Assembly (NCBI GenBank): GCA_038247415.1
Contig: JBBRUX010000029.1
Location: 1 to 49,865 of the forward strand
From: Chitinivibrionales bacterium
GTDB taxonomy: Bacteria; Fibrobacterota; Chitinivibrionia; Chitinivibrionales; WJKA01
DNA length: 49,865 nt
Direction: 5' to 3'
The first letter of the stretch is position 1; the number at the start of each line of letters is the position of its first letter. This document shows positions 10,091 through 20,258 of this stretch, in pieces. The position numbers were made by a program, and so were the translations under genes. The notes under the pieces were generated by a model that was not told the DNA's origin, did not search any database, and saw only the letters and a list, made by a program, of their open reading frames with translations.

Positions 10091-12670
10091 CTATAGCGAT
10101 TCGGGGATTTCTATAGTAAACGTTGTTGAACAACCAATTTCCGAATCTACTCTAATTGTTCCACCAAGTTTATCGGCAATTTCTGTATTGACTGCATCCA
10201 TGCCAATTCCTCGTCCGGAGATCTCCGAAACCCCTTTTGCAGTTGTAAATCCTGGAAGAAATATAAGCGCATGACACTCATCCTTTGATAAGTGCCGAGC
10301 CTCAATTTCTGAGAGTATGCCATTTTCTACCGCGTGAGATCGTAAGTACTCTGCATCTAATCCCCGCCCATCATCAGAAACAATAATGGTGTATGTGTTG
10401 TTTTCATGCTGTATCGCTATCCGTAAATGACCTTCTAACGATTTCCCCGCAGCTATTCTATCGGAGCCTTCCTCTATGCCATGATCAAAAGAGTTACGTA
10501 TAAGGTGAACCAATACGGTATTGAGAGCATGCGCACACAGATATTCAATTTCAACGTCGCCGCCAATAAAGGAAATATCTACTTTCTTGCCAAGTCTTCT
10601 TGACAATCCTGGGATTATTTTAAGCGCTTTTGCAAGCCCTCGCTGTGCTGGGATAGATTGCAATGGCCGTAGTGCAGCAACCACTTTATTGGAGAGTGTT
10701 TTTGACTGATGATAGTCAAGTACACCTTCTGTGATAATATCTCGAATAGAATCTGTTTGCTGCTGAATTTTGTTAAGCGATATACGAATATGCTGATCAC
10801 TATGATCGGAGATGCTATCCCCCAAAATTCTGCGCGTACTTTCAACAACTTTTCCTATTGAAGTAGAGAGCATTGTTACATTGGCAATAACCTGAGCCAG
10901 ATGATCTTCATCACAATGAGATTGTTTACTCATAGAAGCAAGATGATTTTCGAGAGTTCCTGCATAATGTGCAATGCCGCCAAGCCCAAAGGCACCTGCG
11001 GTGCCCTTTATGGTATGGACATCCCGAAATATAGCTGCTAAAGTATCGAAATAGCCCTGGTTTTGAGGGCTTGAAAGATCTCTGATTTTAGCAAGTATTT
11101 GGGTAACCATACCTGAAATTTCATCGACATATTCTGTAAATAGATCGGGGTCTTCTGCTATTGCTCGTAGTTGCTGATTTTCCCGTTCCGATTCTGCAAT
11201 TCTCTCCGAAAGTTTTTTCTTTTCTGTAATATCTTCGATGCTAACAAGAATATGTTTGGGCTCGCATTGTCCTCTATCAATGAGATAATACTTTAATCTG
11301 AGCCATTGATATACACGTCCCTGGCTATCGCTATACGCTAATTCAGGAAACGGATTGAGAGGAATCATATCATATTCGGGCAACACTTCGTCGCGAAACA
11401 TCTGCAAAAACTCGCTGATAGCTATTCCCGCTGCCTCTTTTGCAGGATTATCCAATAAAAGTAACTGCACAAATGATTTTCCAGAGACTTTATTGTTACC
11501 CAGAATCGATTCCACAGAAAATGAGTATGCTGGATTTACAATAAGAGATTCGTTAAGTGAAAGGAGCCCCACGGGCACGGAATTTAAAAGTAAACATATC
11601 TCTTTACGATGTGCTTGCACCTCATATTCGGCCTTCTGCAAAACTGCAAGCATCGAATTAATGCCATTGCCAACCATCGCAAGCTCATCAACACCCTGCA
11701 CGGCAACACGCAACGAATGATCGGCACTTTCTGCAATTTTAGAAACATCATTTCTTAAAAAGTCTAAGCGAGCAAGAACCAATTTTTTGAGAAGTATAAC
11801 GACAACAACTCCAAAACACAATCCGCTCAATAAGATAAAAACAAAGAGATAGATAAGGGTTATTACCCCTTGATGGTAAATGATTCGCGGAAGATGTGCT
11901 TCAAGAGCTCCTACATTTACACCATGAAAATCGGCCAGACACAAATGACCAATAAGCGTGTCAAGGGATGTTACCGTTATGTGTATCTGATCGACTTCTG
12001 CGTTTTGCTTATTCCTAAATTTATTGCGACAGGTATCTGCCGAAGAATTCACCAAGAAGAGTGACATGTGCGTAAGCTGCGAAAGTTTATAAAATTCATC
12101 GTTGTCAAGAAATTGACCAAATATTAGAGTTCCACGAATCGGCCCGTTCCCATCGCTTTGAATTATGGGACGCGATGCAAAAAGCAAGAGTCCTGATGCA
12201 CAGGAAATGACCCCTTTATGCACACTAGCTAATGAATCATGCTTAAAAAGAAGAGAATCTGAAAAGAGTGACAGAGCTAGTCTAGTCGGCACAATCGTAT
12301 CTATCGAGCCACTACTCGACAAAAACCGTGCAGCGACAACATGTCGTTTTTCGTTAACAAAAAGCATCATATCGAGGCCAAGATCGGTAAGTGCGGAACC
12401 GCTTAAATTAGCTTTGAGGTATTCGAAATTAGTTTCTTCAATAAAAGAATAGGTATCGTCCCACTTCGCCCAGTCGGCTGATTTAGTAGCAATATTATCT
12501 ATATTTTGCGATAATGCCTCCCGAACACGCTGAACATTTTTGACCGCATCATGATGTTCAACCGATGCAAAACCTTGCAATAAAACAAGCCGCGACACAA
12601 GCAGCAATACACCGATAAGCACGCATAGCGTAACAGAGATAATAAGAATCGTCTTTCGGCTTAATGACAT
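10091..12670 (-). CDS. Membrane-bound CheA-like histidine kinase (CHASE4-HAMP-PAS-like-Hpt-HATPase)
   Basis: Two TM helices around a CHASE4 signature (DWAKWDDTYSF), HAMP (DELAMV), Hpt (FRDVHTIKG), CheA-type HLIRNSFDHGIE, DDGRG and SGRGIGMD. The protein ends right after the ATPase domain. Confidence 0.88.
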   Translation of the reverse strand: MSLSRKTILIISVTLCVLIGVLLLVSRLVLLQGFASVEHHDAVKNVQRVREALSQNIDNIATKSADWAKWDDTYSFIEETNFEYLKANLSGSALTDLGLDMMLFVNEKRHVVAARFLSSSGSIDTIVPTRLALSLFSDSLLFKHDSLASVHKGVISCASGLLLFASRPIIQSDGNGPIRGTLIFGQFLDNDEFYKLSQLTHMSLFLVNSSADTCRNKFRNKQNAEVDQIHITVTSLDTLIGHLCLADFHGVNVGALEAHLPRIIYHQGVITLIYLFVFILLSGLCFGVVVVILLKKLVLARLDFLRNDVSKIAESADHSLRVAVQGVDELAMVGNGINSMLAVLQKAEYEVQAHRKEICLLLNSVPVGLLSLNESLIVNPAYSFSVESILGNNKVSGKSFVQLLLLDNPAKEAAGIAISEFLQMFRDEVLPEYDMIPLNPFPELAYSDSQGRVYQWLRLKYYLIDRGQCEPKHILVSIEDITEKKKLSERIAESERENQQLRAIAEDPDLFTEYVDEISGMVTQILAKIRDLSSPQNQGYFDTLAAIFRDVHTIKGTAGAFGLGGIAHYAGTLENHLASMSKQSHCDEDHLAQVIANVTMLSTSIGKVVESTRRILGDSISDHSDQHIRISLNKIQQQTDSIRDIITEGVLDYHQSKTLSNKVVAALRPLQSIPAQRGLAKALKIIPGLSRRLGKKVDISFIGGDVEIEYLCAHALNTVLVHLIRNSFDHGIEEGSDRIAAGKSLEGHLRIAIQHENNTYTIIVSDDGRGLDAEYLRSHAVENGILSEIEARHLSKDECHALIFLPGFTTAKGVSEISGRGIGMDAVNTEIADKLGGTIRVDSEIGCSTTFTIEIPESL

Positions 12671-12766
12671 ATGAAAGGCATTTCTAAGGGATAAAAAGTA
12701 TTCCCTATCAAAGCATGAAATAAAACTCGGATAATGAACCTATTAACTACATTATTATAGCGTGTT

Positions 12767-12805
12767 GAACAGAGGATGAGCAATACCGAAGAATGAAAAT
12801 TGATC
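12767..12805 (+). repeat. Left copy of a 39-bp imperfect direct repeat
   Basis: GAACAGAGGATGAGCAATACCGAAGAATGAAAATTGATC, 35/39 identical to 20182-20220. Confidence 0.85.
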
Positions 12806-13091
12806 AGAAGAATAAAATGCACGGCGAACGCCCCTGCGATTCGGGTTTCGCTATTTCAACCGGTAGTGCCCCCTCGCCAAACTGACATTCTCTGAAACGA
12901 CTGCATTATTCAATTGCATCGTCAGTCCGAGGCGATTATATTTTTTGATAGACCAAACTCCCTTTACCTAAAGTTCTGTGATTTTGGGTTTATTATAGCC
13001 AAAATGATGGCTTTGTTAGTATAATCCGGCTCAAAGCTTCAGGACAAAAACAGTGCTCCGGCATCCAACGGCTCTACCTTAGAGAGGCAGC

Positions 13092-13988
13092 TTGATTGTG
13101 CAAAAAAGTATTCCGGCAGAGCACATCCCCATTCGGACACACGACTTCTCCCAGTGCCCCATCCGGGCATTTTATCATAATCAGACCGAACTCGGATCCC
13201 ATACGCACGACTGTATCGAGATGGTTTACGTGGTGCGTGGAAGCGGTGAGCATATTCACGAGCATCATAGCTATCCAATTCATGCGGGAGATTGCTTTAT
13301 CATCGATACGGGCGAGTCTCATGCGTACAAAAAAAGTAAAGGGCTACGCATTGCCAATATACTGTTCCCGGCATCTTTTCTTAAACGTCAATTTCCCTAT
13401 TTGAAAACTATCGACGGATTTACTGCGCTCTTCTCGGTTGAGCCGCTTTTTAGGCGCGAAACATCTTTTCGATACAAGCTTCATCTCCCCGGCATTCAAC
13501 GGCTGGCGCTCGATCCACTGGTTGACGCACTTGTCCAGGAGTATGCCGGGCGCGCAAACGGGTATGCGCCAATGTGTAGCGGGCTCGTGCTGCAAATCAT
13601 GACATTGACAAGCAGGGCATTTTCTGCAAAAGAGTCGTCGCAACAACACGAGGATCTTTCGGCAAAGGCAGAGGCTGTGGCCACGGCAATTCAAGTGCTG
13701 GAAACGCGATATCAGAGCGATTTATCGCTTGCAGATGTGGCCGAGACGGTGTGCCTCAGCGGGAGCAGGCTTTCGCATCTTTTCAAGGAAAAAACCGGTG
13801 TTGCGCTATCCGACTACCTTCTCAGATACCGACTGGAGAAGGCTCGATCTCTTCTGGAAGAATCCAGCGATAGTATTTCGCGCATAGCCCTGATGGTTGG
13901 ATTTCATGATCCCGCTTATTTTTCCCGTGCATTCCGCAATTATTTCGGAACAACCCCGCGGCAAGCCCGCATCAAACCATCTGCGTAG
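13092..13988 (+). CDS. AraC-family transcriptional regulator (RhaS/RhaR-like)
   Basis: N-terminal cupin (HTHDCIEMVYV) and C-terminal double HTH ending GFHDPAYFSRAFRNYFGTTP. Confidence 0.93.
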   Translation: MIVQKSIPAEHIPIRTHDFSQCPIRAFYHNQTELGSHTHDCIEMVYVVRGSGEHIHEHHSYPIHAGDCFIIDTGESHAYKKSKGLRIANILFPASFLKRQFPYLKTIDGFTALFSVEPLFRRETSFRYKLHLPGIQRLALDPLVDALVQEYAGRANGYAPMCSGLVLQIMTLTSRAFSAKESSQQHEDLSAKAEAVATAIQVLETRYQSDLSLADVAETVCLSGSRLSHLFKEKTGVALSDYLLRYRLEKARSLLEESSDSISRIALMVGFHDPAYFSRAFRNYFGTTPRQARIKPSA

Positions 13989-14116
13989 GAGATCGACCTA
14001 TAAATCCTCGAAGTCAGCCTCTACGTGCAAGAATTCGGCCCTCGGATCAGGTATCTTATTATCATGCACAATTGATCATTGTCAACCCGTACCATTATTA
14101 TTAGAAATGAGCTCCT

Positions 14117-14827
14117 ATGTCATTATTGGATACCTACTCATCCGAGGTTGATAAATTTGTGCGGGTCTGTCATCGACTTGCCTCATTGCACTATGTAACA
14201 GCCTATGGCGGAAATTGCGCATGCAAACTGAGTGATGATATCATTCTTATCACACCAACACAGACCTATAAAGGCGATATCACGCGCGAATCGGTCGTGT
14301 TTATCAACCAGGCAGGAGCGCGGCTCGAAGGAAACAAGAACCCCACCGGCGAAAAACCCATGTATCTTCGCTTCTTTGAACAGCGACCTGATATCCGATC
14401 AGTCATCCACTGCCATCCGCCATATCTGTGCGCTTTTGCCATCAGCAAAGAGGTGAACTGGTTGATGCGACCGCTGTATCCCGAAACGACGACCGAGGTT
14501 GGGCCGGTTCCATTGGTTCCTTATGGAGAACCACTCACCACCCAACTGGCTGATGCATTTTTGCCTTTTATCAAGAAATATAACAGTTTTCTGATGAAAA
14601 ATCATGGTGTGGTTACCATGACGCACGAACCGTTGGAATGGACCATGCACATGATTGAACTTCTGGAGCTGACAGCGCAGTCAATCTGCATTGCACTGGC
14701 GCTTGGTGATATTGAAGAGCTTCCGAAGGAGGATGTAGCACGACTGGGCAATGTTATGACTACCCGCAAGCTTCCCCTCTTTGGCGCTCCGGGGGTGAAC
14801 ACATCTTTGGAGGCAATGTATTATTAG
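14117..14827 (+). CDS. Class II aldolase/adducin family protein (FucA/RhaD-like)
   Basis: GGN, ITPT, PTGE, HCHPP and NHG metal-binding motifs. Confidence 0.9.
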   Translation: MSLLDTYSSEVDKFVRVCHRLASLHYVTAYGGNCACKLSDDIILITPTQTYKGDITRESVVFINQAGARLEGNKNPTGEKPMYLRFFEQRPDIRSVIHCHPPYLCAFAISKEVNWLMRPLYPETTTEVGPVPLVPYGEPLTTQLADAFLPFIKKYNSFLMKNHGVVTMTHEPLEWTMHMIELLELTAQSICIALALGDIEELPKEDVARLGNVMTTRKLPLFGAPGVNTSLEAMYY

Positions 14828-14866
14828 GCTGTTGCTATGCAGGTACACATGGCTTTCATCAAGAGC

Positions 14867-14921
14867 GTCACTTCGAGAGCCTCAGTGACCGGTAATTGCT
14901 AGCTGAGGAGCCTCAGTGACC
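14867..14921. repeat. REP-like palindromic repeat (one full copy and one partial)
   Basis: GTCACTTCGAGAGCCTCAGTGACC (14867-14890; GTCACT/AGTGAC stem) and a second GAGCCTCAGTGACC (14908-14921), both intergenic. Confidence 0.6.
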
Positions 14922-14951
14922 AGTCACTTTTAGCCCAAAGAGTATTGACAT

Positions 14952-16529
14952 ATGAGCTCTTTACACATTCTCCCGTTCGATAAGCAGCACGAGGATTTTT
15001 TGCGCGATGAGTCGCGGCGTGTTGGCAGGGCCGATGCCATTGCGTTTCCTCTGTGTGAAGCTGATGTTCGTGCCATTGTGCGCGACTGTCACGATTCGGG
15101 GACGCCACTTACGATCCAAGGTGCCCGAACTGGCATTACAGCGGGGGCGGTCCCCATGGGTGGAGTGATCTGCAATCTGGAGAAGATGAACCGCGTGATG
15201 GGCATGAAGTACGACTCGTCAAGCGCCACCTGGATAGTTTCCGTGATGCCAGGTGTACGACTAGCCGACCTCAACGAGCAGCTCATCAAAGGAGATTTCG
15301 ATACAGCGGGCTGGTCGGCAGAATCGATAAAGGCCCTGGAGGGTATGAATGCATCTGGTCGCTATTTCTTTCCCCCCGATCCCACCGAAACAACGGCCAC
15401 TATCGGCGGAATGGTTGCCTGCAATGCATCGGGCGCGCGCTCGTTTCGGTACGGGCCCACAGCGCATCATATTGCCGGTCTTCGCATTTGTCTAGCTGAA
15501 GGCGACGTGTTGTCGCTCAAACGTGGCACAATCCAAACGACCGGACGCAGCTTCTCTGTGGCTACCGAATCGGGTCGAACGATTGCGGGTTCCCTTCCGT
15601 CATATACACAACCGGCAGGGAAAAGCGTTGCCGGCTTTCGCGTAGGTGCGGATATGGATCTTATCGAGCTTTTTATCGGCATGGAGGGAACGATCGGTGT
15701 TATTACATCTATTGACATAGCGTTATCAAAAATGCCGGTTGCAGCAATGGCACTCGTCGCCTTTATGCCCACTGAAGCGGCGGCGATTCAACTGATTGAG
15801 CTCGTGCGCAAACAGCCGTTGCCACCCGTGGCCATCGAATTCTTCAACGCCGCAGCAATAGATTTTCTGCGTTTACAAAAACAAAATAATCCGGCATTTG
15901 AGGGGATTCCGCAGATTGATGCCTCGTTTGGCAGTGCTGTGTATCTGGAATATCATGCAGAGACCGAAGACACGGCAATGGAGGCGATGAGTGCAGCTTC
16001 CGATACACTCATCGCCCTTGGAGGATCCGATGAAGCAACGTGGGGAGCGACCACCGATGCAGAGCTCAAACGGCTCAAATACTTCCGCCACGCAATCCCC
16101 GAAGCGATTAATCTTGCCATAGACCAAAGGCGCCATACCTATCCGGCAATTGTCAAACTCGGGACCGACATGGCAGTTCCCGACAGCCATCTTACACAGG
16201 TTATAGACCTTTACAACAGAGGCATCAAAGAGGAACAGCTGACCGCGGTTATCTTCGGGCATATAGGCAATAACCATCTTCATGTCAACATTCTTCCGGC
16301 TAACCCGGAAGAGCTTGACCGTGGAAAGAAGCTCTATCTTTCCTGGGCCCGCACCATTGTAGACTGGGGCGGAACTGTCTCGGCCGAGCATGGCATCGGC
16401 AAGAGCAAAATCGCTTTTTTGGAGCTGATGTACAGCACAGCGATCATACATGAAATGCGCGCCCTCAAAAAGGTTTTTGACCCGCAAAGAATCCTTAACC
16501 AGGGGACAATGTTTTCGCCCAAAAAATAA
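14952..16529 (+). CDS. FAD-linked oxidoreductase (GlcD/D-lactate dehydrogenase family)
   Basis: GARTGITAG, PPDPT...TIGGMVACNASG, GMEGTIG, FGHIGNNHLH and AEHGIG motifs. Confidence 0.9.
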   Translation: MSSLHILPFDKQHEDFLRDESRRVGRADAIAFPLCEADVRAIVRDCHDSGTPLTIQGARTGITAGAVPMGGVICNLEKMNRVMGMKYDSSSATWIVSVMPGVRLADLNEQLIKGDFDTAGWSAESIKALEGMNASGRYFFPPDPTETTATIGGMVACNASGARSFRYGPTAHHIAGLRICLAEGDVLSLKRGTIQTTGRSFSVATESGRTIAGSLPSYTQPAGKSVAGFRVGADMDLIELFIGMEGTIGVITSIDIALSKMPVAAMALVAFMPTEAAAIQLIELVRKQPLPPVAIEFFNAAAIDFLRLQKQNNPAFEGIPQIDASFGSAVYLEYHAETEDTAMEAMSAASDTLIALGGSDEATWGATTDAELKRLKYFRHAIPEAINLAIDQRRHTYPAIVKLGTDMAVPDSHLTQVIDLYNRGIKEEQLTAVIFGHIGNNHLHVNILPANPEELDRGKKLYLSWARTIVDWGGTVSAEHGIGKSKIAFLELMYSTAIIHEMRALKKVFDPQRILNQGTMFSPKK

Positions 16530-16622
16530 TGTATCATATTTTGTTTACAAGACATGCAGATGTCCGTTGACTTTGCGAGATTTTACCAGTTCATAATCGA
16601 AACACCTTCCAAGGAGCTGTCT

Positions 16623-17666
16623 ATGAAAGCAATGGTTCTCACCGGAATTCGCGCGATCGAAATGCAAGAAGTCCCCACCCCATCAATCACTACCCCCACC
16701 GATGTCCTTATTCGCATGACCGTTGTTGGTGTTTGCGGATCGGATGTGCACTATTATGTCGATGGGAAGATCGGCAGCCAGATTGTTAAATATCCCTTTA
16801 CGGTTGGCCACGAAGGAGCCGGGATTGTAGAAAAAATCGGATCAGCTGTTACCCATGTCAGTGTGGGCGACCGCGTAGCCATAGAGCCAGCTATGCCCTG
16901 TTTCTCCTGCGACCAGTGCAAGGCCGGACGTCCACACACCTGCCGTAAGCTGCGGTTCTTGGGCTGCCCAGGCCAAGCAGACGGCTGCTTGTCGGAATAT
17001 ATTGTTATGCCGCAAACGTCCTGCGTGCGCATCAGCGACAGCATGAATTTCGATGAAGCAGCGATTTCGGAACCTTTGTCAATTGGCGTCTATTCTGTAA
17101 AACAATCAATCCCCCTGAAGGGCAAAACCGTCGGGATTCTCGGAAGCGGTCCCATTGGTCTGTGTGTTCTTTTGCCGGCACTGGCCCAGGGAGCATCAAA
17201 GGTTTTTATGACCGATAAAATCGACCAACGTCTTGCGCTTGCTAAACGCATGGGCGCCACGTGGACCGGCAACCCCCAGAAATGCGATATTGTCAAAGAG
17301 GTTGCAGCAATCGAACCGTCACAACTCGATGTGGTATTCGAGTGCTGTGGGCAGCAGGAAGCGCTTGACATGGCGCTTGAGCTCCTTAAACCCGGAGGAA
17401 AACTTATGGTTGTAGGTATCCCGCGCGAGTCGCGCATCTCATTTAGTATCGACACACTACGGCATAAGGAAATTTGCATTCAGAATGTGCGCCGCCAAAA
17501 CGATTGCGTGGCATCGGCGCTGGCCATGATCGATAAAAAAGAGATTGACGTTATGCCCATGGCGACTCACCACTTTTCTTTTGAAGAAACCCCCACAGCA
17601 TTCAACTTAGTGGCTGATTATCGCGACGGCGTGGTGAAGGCAATGATTCATTTCGGGAAGGAATAA
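16623..17666 (+). CDS. Zn-dependent alcohol/polyol dehydrogenase (sorbitol/iditol dehydrogenase-like)
   Basis: GVCGSD, GHE, CxxCxxC structural Zn site, GSGPIG. Start placed at the ATG after the AAGGAG RBS. Confidence 0.9.
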   Translation: MKAMVLTGIRAIEMQEVPTPSITTPTDVLIRMTVVGVCGSDVHYYVDGKIGSQIVKYPFTVGHEGAGIVEKIGSAVTHVSVGDRVAIEPAMPCFSCDQCKAGRPHTCRKLRFLGCPGQADGCLSEYIVMPQTSCVRISDSMNFDEAAISEPLSIGVYSVKQSIPLKGKTVGILGSGPIGLCVLLPALAQGASKVFMTDKIDQRLALAKRMGATWTGNPQKCDIVKEVAAIEPSQLDVVFECCGQQEALDMALELLKPGGKLMVVGIPRESRISFSIDTLRHKEICIQNVRRQNDCVASALAMIDKKEIDVMPMATHHFSFEETPTAFNLVADYRDGVVKAMIHFGKE

Positions 17667-17670
17667 AATT

Positions 17671-19032
17671 ATGAGTGACACACAGTCGGCCGAAGGGCTC
17701 GATTCTTACGATCCCCTTATTCGACACAAAGTCTTGCAGCACATCGTCAAGAATGAACAGTTGCCCTCTGTTCTATGCGACAATGTCAACATGCATCTGC
17801 ACTCTTTTTTCTCCTACAATGCGCAAGGCTATTCCCCCATGCACCTAGCCATCATGGCACGTCAGAACGGGTGGTATGCAGCGGGGCTGTGCGATTTTGA
17901 TGGGCTTGATGGATGCGAAGAGTTTCTGAGTGCCGGCGAGGCGTTGGGACTCCGGGCATCTGCGAATCTGGAAACGCGAGCCTTCATGAGCGCGTTTGCA
18001 GATAAAGAGATCGATTCGCCGGGAGAACCGGGGGTCAGCTACTGCATGGGGGCTGGGTTTACCACGATTCCAAAAAAAACGTCAAAGCAGTGTGAGTATC
18101 TTGGTATGTTGCAGGATACATCGGCGCAGAGAAACAAGGCGCTTCTCGGACGCATTAACGCGATGCTTCCGGAGATTGCCATCGATTATGTTCGCGACGT
18201 CATTCCCCTCACTCCCTCGGGAAACGCTACCGAGCGGCACATCATTTCCACCTATATCAACCGCTCGTTTGCGGTGTTTTCGCAGGAGATCGACCAGGTG
18301 CGCTTCTGGGCATCACTTCTGGGAAGCACCCCCGAAGCAACACTTATTTTGCTTGGTCAACGGGGGCGACTAGAAGATGCAGTACGCAACCGTCTTGCAA
18401 AACGGGGCGGGATCGGGTATGAGGCCCCTACCGCCAAGACATTCCCGCTTGTTGAGGATTTCTTTGCGTGGGTAAAATCCTGTGGGGCAATACCCATGGA
18501 ATCGTGGCTTGATGGCACTAGCACTGGCGAAGCAGACCCAAGGACGCTTCTGGAACATTCACAGAGTCTGGGAGCGATGGCTCTTAACATAATTCCCGAC
18601 CGCAACTGGAATATTCCCGACACGGCTGTCAAGGCACAGAAAGTCACCAAGTTGCGCGCCATTCTCGATTGTGCCAAAAAGCTTGACATGCCGATCAACG
18701 CTGGTACCGAAATGAACAAAGCTGGTCAGGTTCCCATTGATGATCTTGACTGTGAGGTGTTAAGCGAGTTCAAGACCCAGATTCATCAAGGGGCGCACGT
18801 GATGATCGGGCATACAACTCTCGGTAGATTCTGTGATTTTCCCTATAGTGGGGCAGAGGCGATTAACGAATATCCTACTGCTCAAAGCCGCAATGAGTTT
18901 TTTGCGTCTGTTGGAGCTCTTCCGCCTATTTCAGCAGACCTCGGCGACAAGCTGCGAACAGTGGGCCCTACACGGGCGCTGGAGATTGCTATTGCATCCT
19001 CAAAAGCAGGCGCGTGGAAGCAGGGATCATGA
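17671..19032 (+). CDS. PHP-like metal-dependent hydrolase of unknown function
   Basis: N-terminal HLHSFFS and GLCDFD motifs, TERH; GAAGGA RBS; 4 bp from the upstream gene. Confidence 0.65.
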   Translation: MSDTQSAEGLDSYDPLIRHKVLQHIVKNEQLPSVLCDNVNMHLHSFFSYNAQGYSPMHLAIMARQNGWYAAGLCDFDGLDGCEEFLSAGEALGLRASANLETRAFMSAFADKEIDSPGEPGVSYCMGAGFTTIPKKTSKQCEYLGMLQDTSAQRNKALLGRINAMLPEIAIDYVRDVIPLTPSGNATERHIISTYINRSFAVFSQEIDQVRFWASLLGSTPEATLILLGQRGRLEDAVRNRLAKRGGIGYEAPTAKTFPLVEDFFAWVKSCGAIPMESWLDGTSTGEADPRTLLEHSQSLGAMALNIIPDRNWNIPDTAVKAQKVTKLRAILDCAKKLDMPINAGTEMNKAGQVPIDDLDCEVLSEFKTQIHQGAHVMIGHTTLGRFCDFPYSGAEAINEYPTAQSRNEFFASVGALPPISADLGDKLRTVGPTRALEIAIASSKAGAWKQGS

Positions 19033-19107
19033 GGCCCCTTGCGACAATCCAATCTCCCCTTAATAACAATTGTTACAAAACGATCTCTTTTCGAAAAGGA
19101 ATGTATC

Positions 19108-20157
19108 ATGAAAGCAGCAGTCATCAAATCCCCCGGGGTCATTGAAGTCATTGATGTTCCAAAGCCAACCCCGAATGCCGGCGAGGTTCTCCTTAAAGTT
19201 TCCGCATGCGCCATCTGCGGAACCGACCAACGCGTGCTCAGTGGAGAAAAAGCAGTTGACGTTCCAATAGTCGGCCACGAAATTGTTGGTATTGTCGAGG
19301 CTGTCGGGGCTGGCGTCTTAAAAGACATCTCTGTGGGCGGCAGGTATGCAATTCAGACCGTTATCGGCTGTGGCGCCTGTCCTTCATGCAAACGTCATCA
19401 GGAGAATCTCTGTGAAAAAGGGTTTACTGCAATCGGCTACCAATACAACGGCGGATTTGCAGAATATATGATCATGCCGAAAAATAGCGTTGACCAAGGG
19501 TGTCTGATCCCAGTACCGAAAGACATGGACACGTTGGTGGGGACTCTTCTTGAACCCCTGAGCTGCTGCGTCAATGGTATGCGGTATCTACCGCTTGAAA
19601 AAGCTGATCATGTCGTAATTTTCGGCGGCGGAATTATCGGTGTTCTTAACGGTCTGGTTGCCCGTGCGCGGGGAGCAAAAACCATTACGATCATGGATGT
19701 GTCCCCCGATCGGCTTGCACTACATCAGAAACTCGGATTGCCCTTCGACAACTTTGTCGACTCAACGAAGACGGATCCAGTTGATTGGGTAAAAAATGCT
19801 ACGCAAGGACGCGGCGTTGACGCAGTAGTGATTGCCGCTTCAGTAACTGCACTTGCGCCTTTGGGAATATCGCTCCTCGCCCGCAATGGACACCTCTCCA
19901 TTTTTGCCGGAATGCCCAAATCTGCTCCAGTTATCCCTATTGACGTGAATCTAATCCACTATCGAGAATTAAGCGTGCATGGGGCCAACAGTTCGGTAAT
20001 GCGCGATTATATTGAAGCGCGGGAGTATTTACAAAGCGTAAAAATAAACGGCGCAGCGCTCGTGACGCATACGTTTCCGCTAGCGTCATTCAACGAGGCA
20101 GTAGCTTTGCAGAAAGATCCTTCGTCAGGATGCATGAAGACGGTGATTGTTCCGTAA
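19108..20157 (+). CDS. Zn-dependent alcohol/polyol(-phosphate) dehydrogenase
   Basis: ICGTD, GHE, CGACPSC and GGGIIG motifs. Start placed at the ATG after the AAGGA RBS. Confidence 0.9.
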   Translation: MKAAVIKSPGVIEVIDVPKPTPNAGEVLLKVSACAICGTDQRVLSGEKAVDVPIVGHEIVGIVEAVGAGVLKDISVGGRYAIQTVIGCGACPSCKRHQENLCEKGFTAIGYQYNGGFAEYMIMPKNSVDQGCLIPVPKDMDTLVGTLLEPLSCCVNGMRYLPLEKADHVVIFGGGIIGVLNGLVARARGAKTITIMDVSPDRLALHQKLGLPFDNFVDSTKTDPVDWVKNATQGRGVDAVVIAASVTALAPLGISLLARNGHLSIFAGMPKSAPVIPIDVNLIHYRELSVHGANSSVMRDYIEAREYLQSVKINGAALVTHTFPLASFNEAVALQKDPSSGCMKTVIVP

Positions 20158-20181
20158 GAGCGAAACCAACATGGCCTTGCA

Positions 20182-20220
20182 GAACAGAGATTGAGCACTA
20201 CCGAAGAATAAAAATTGATC
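20182..20220 (+). repeat. Right copy of the 39-bp imperfect direct repeat
   Basis: GAACAGAGATTGAGCACTACCGAAGAATAAAAATTGATC, 35/39 identical to 12767-12805. Confidence 0.85.
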
Positions 20221-20258
20221 GGGAAAACATACGGCCAGGTTACACTTTGTTTGCAGCA

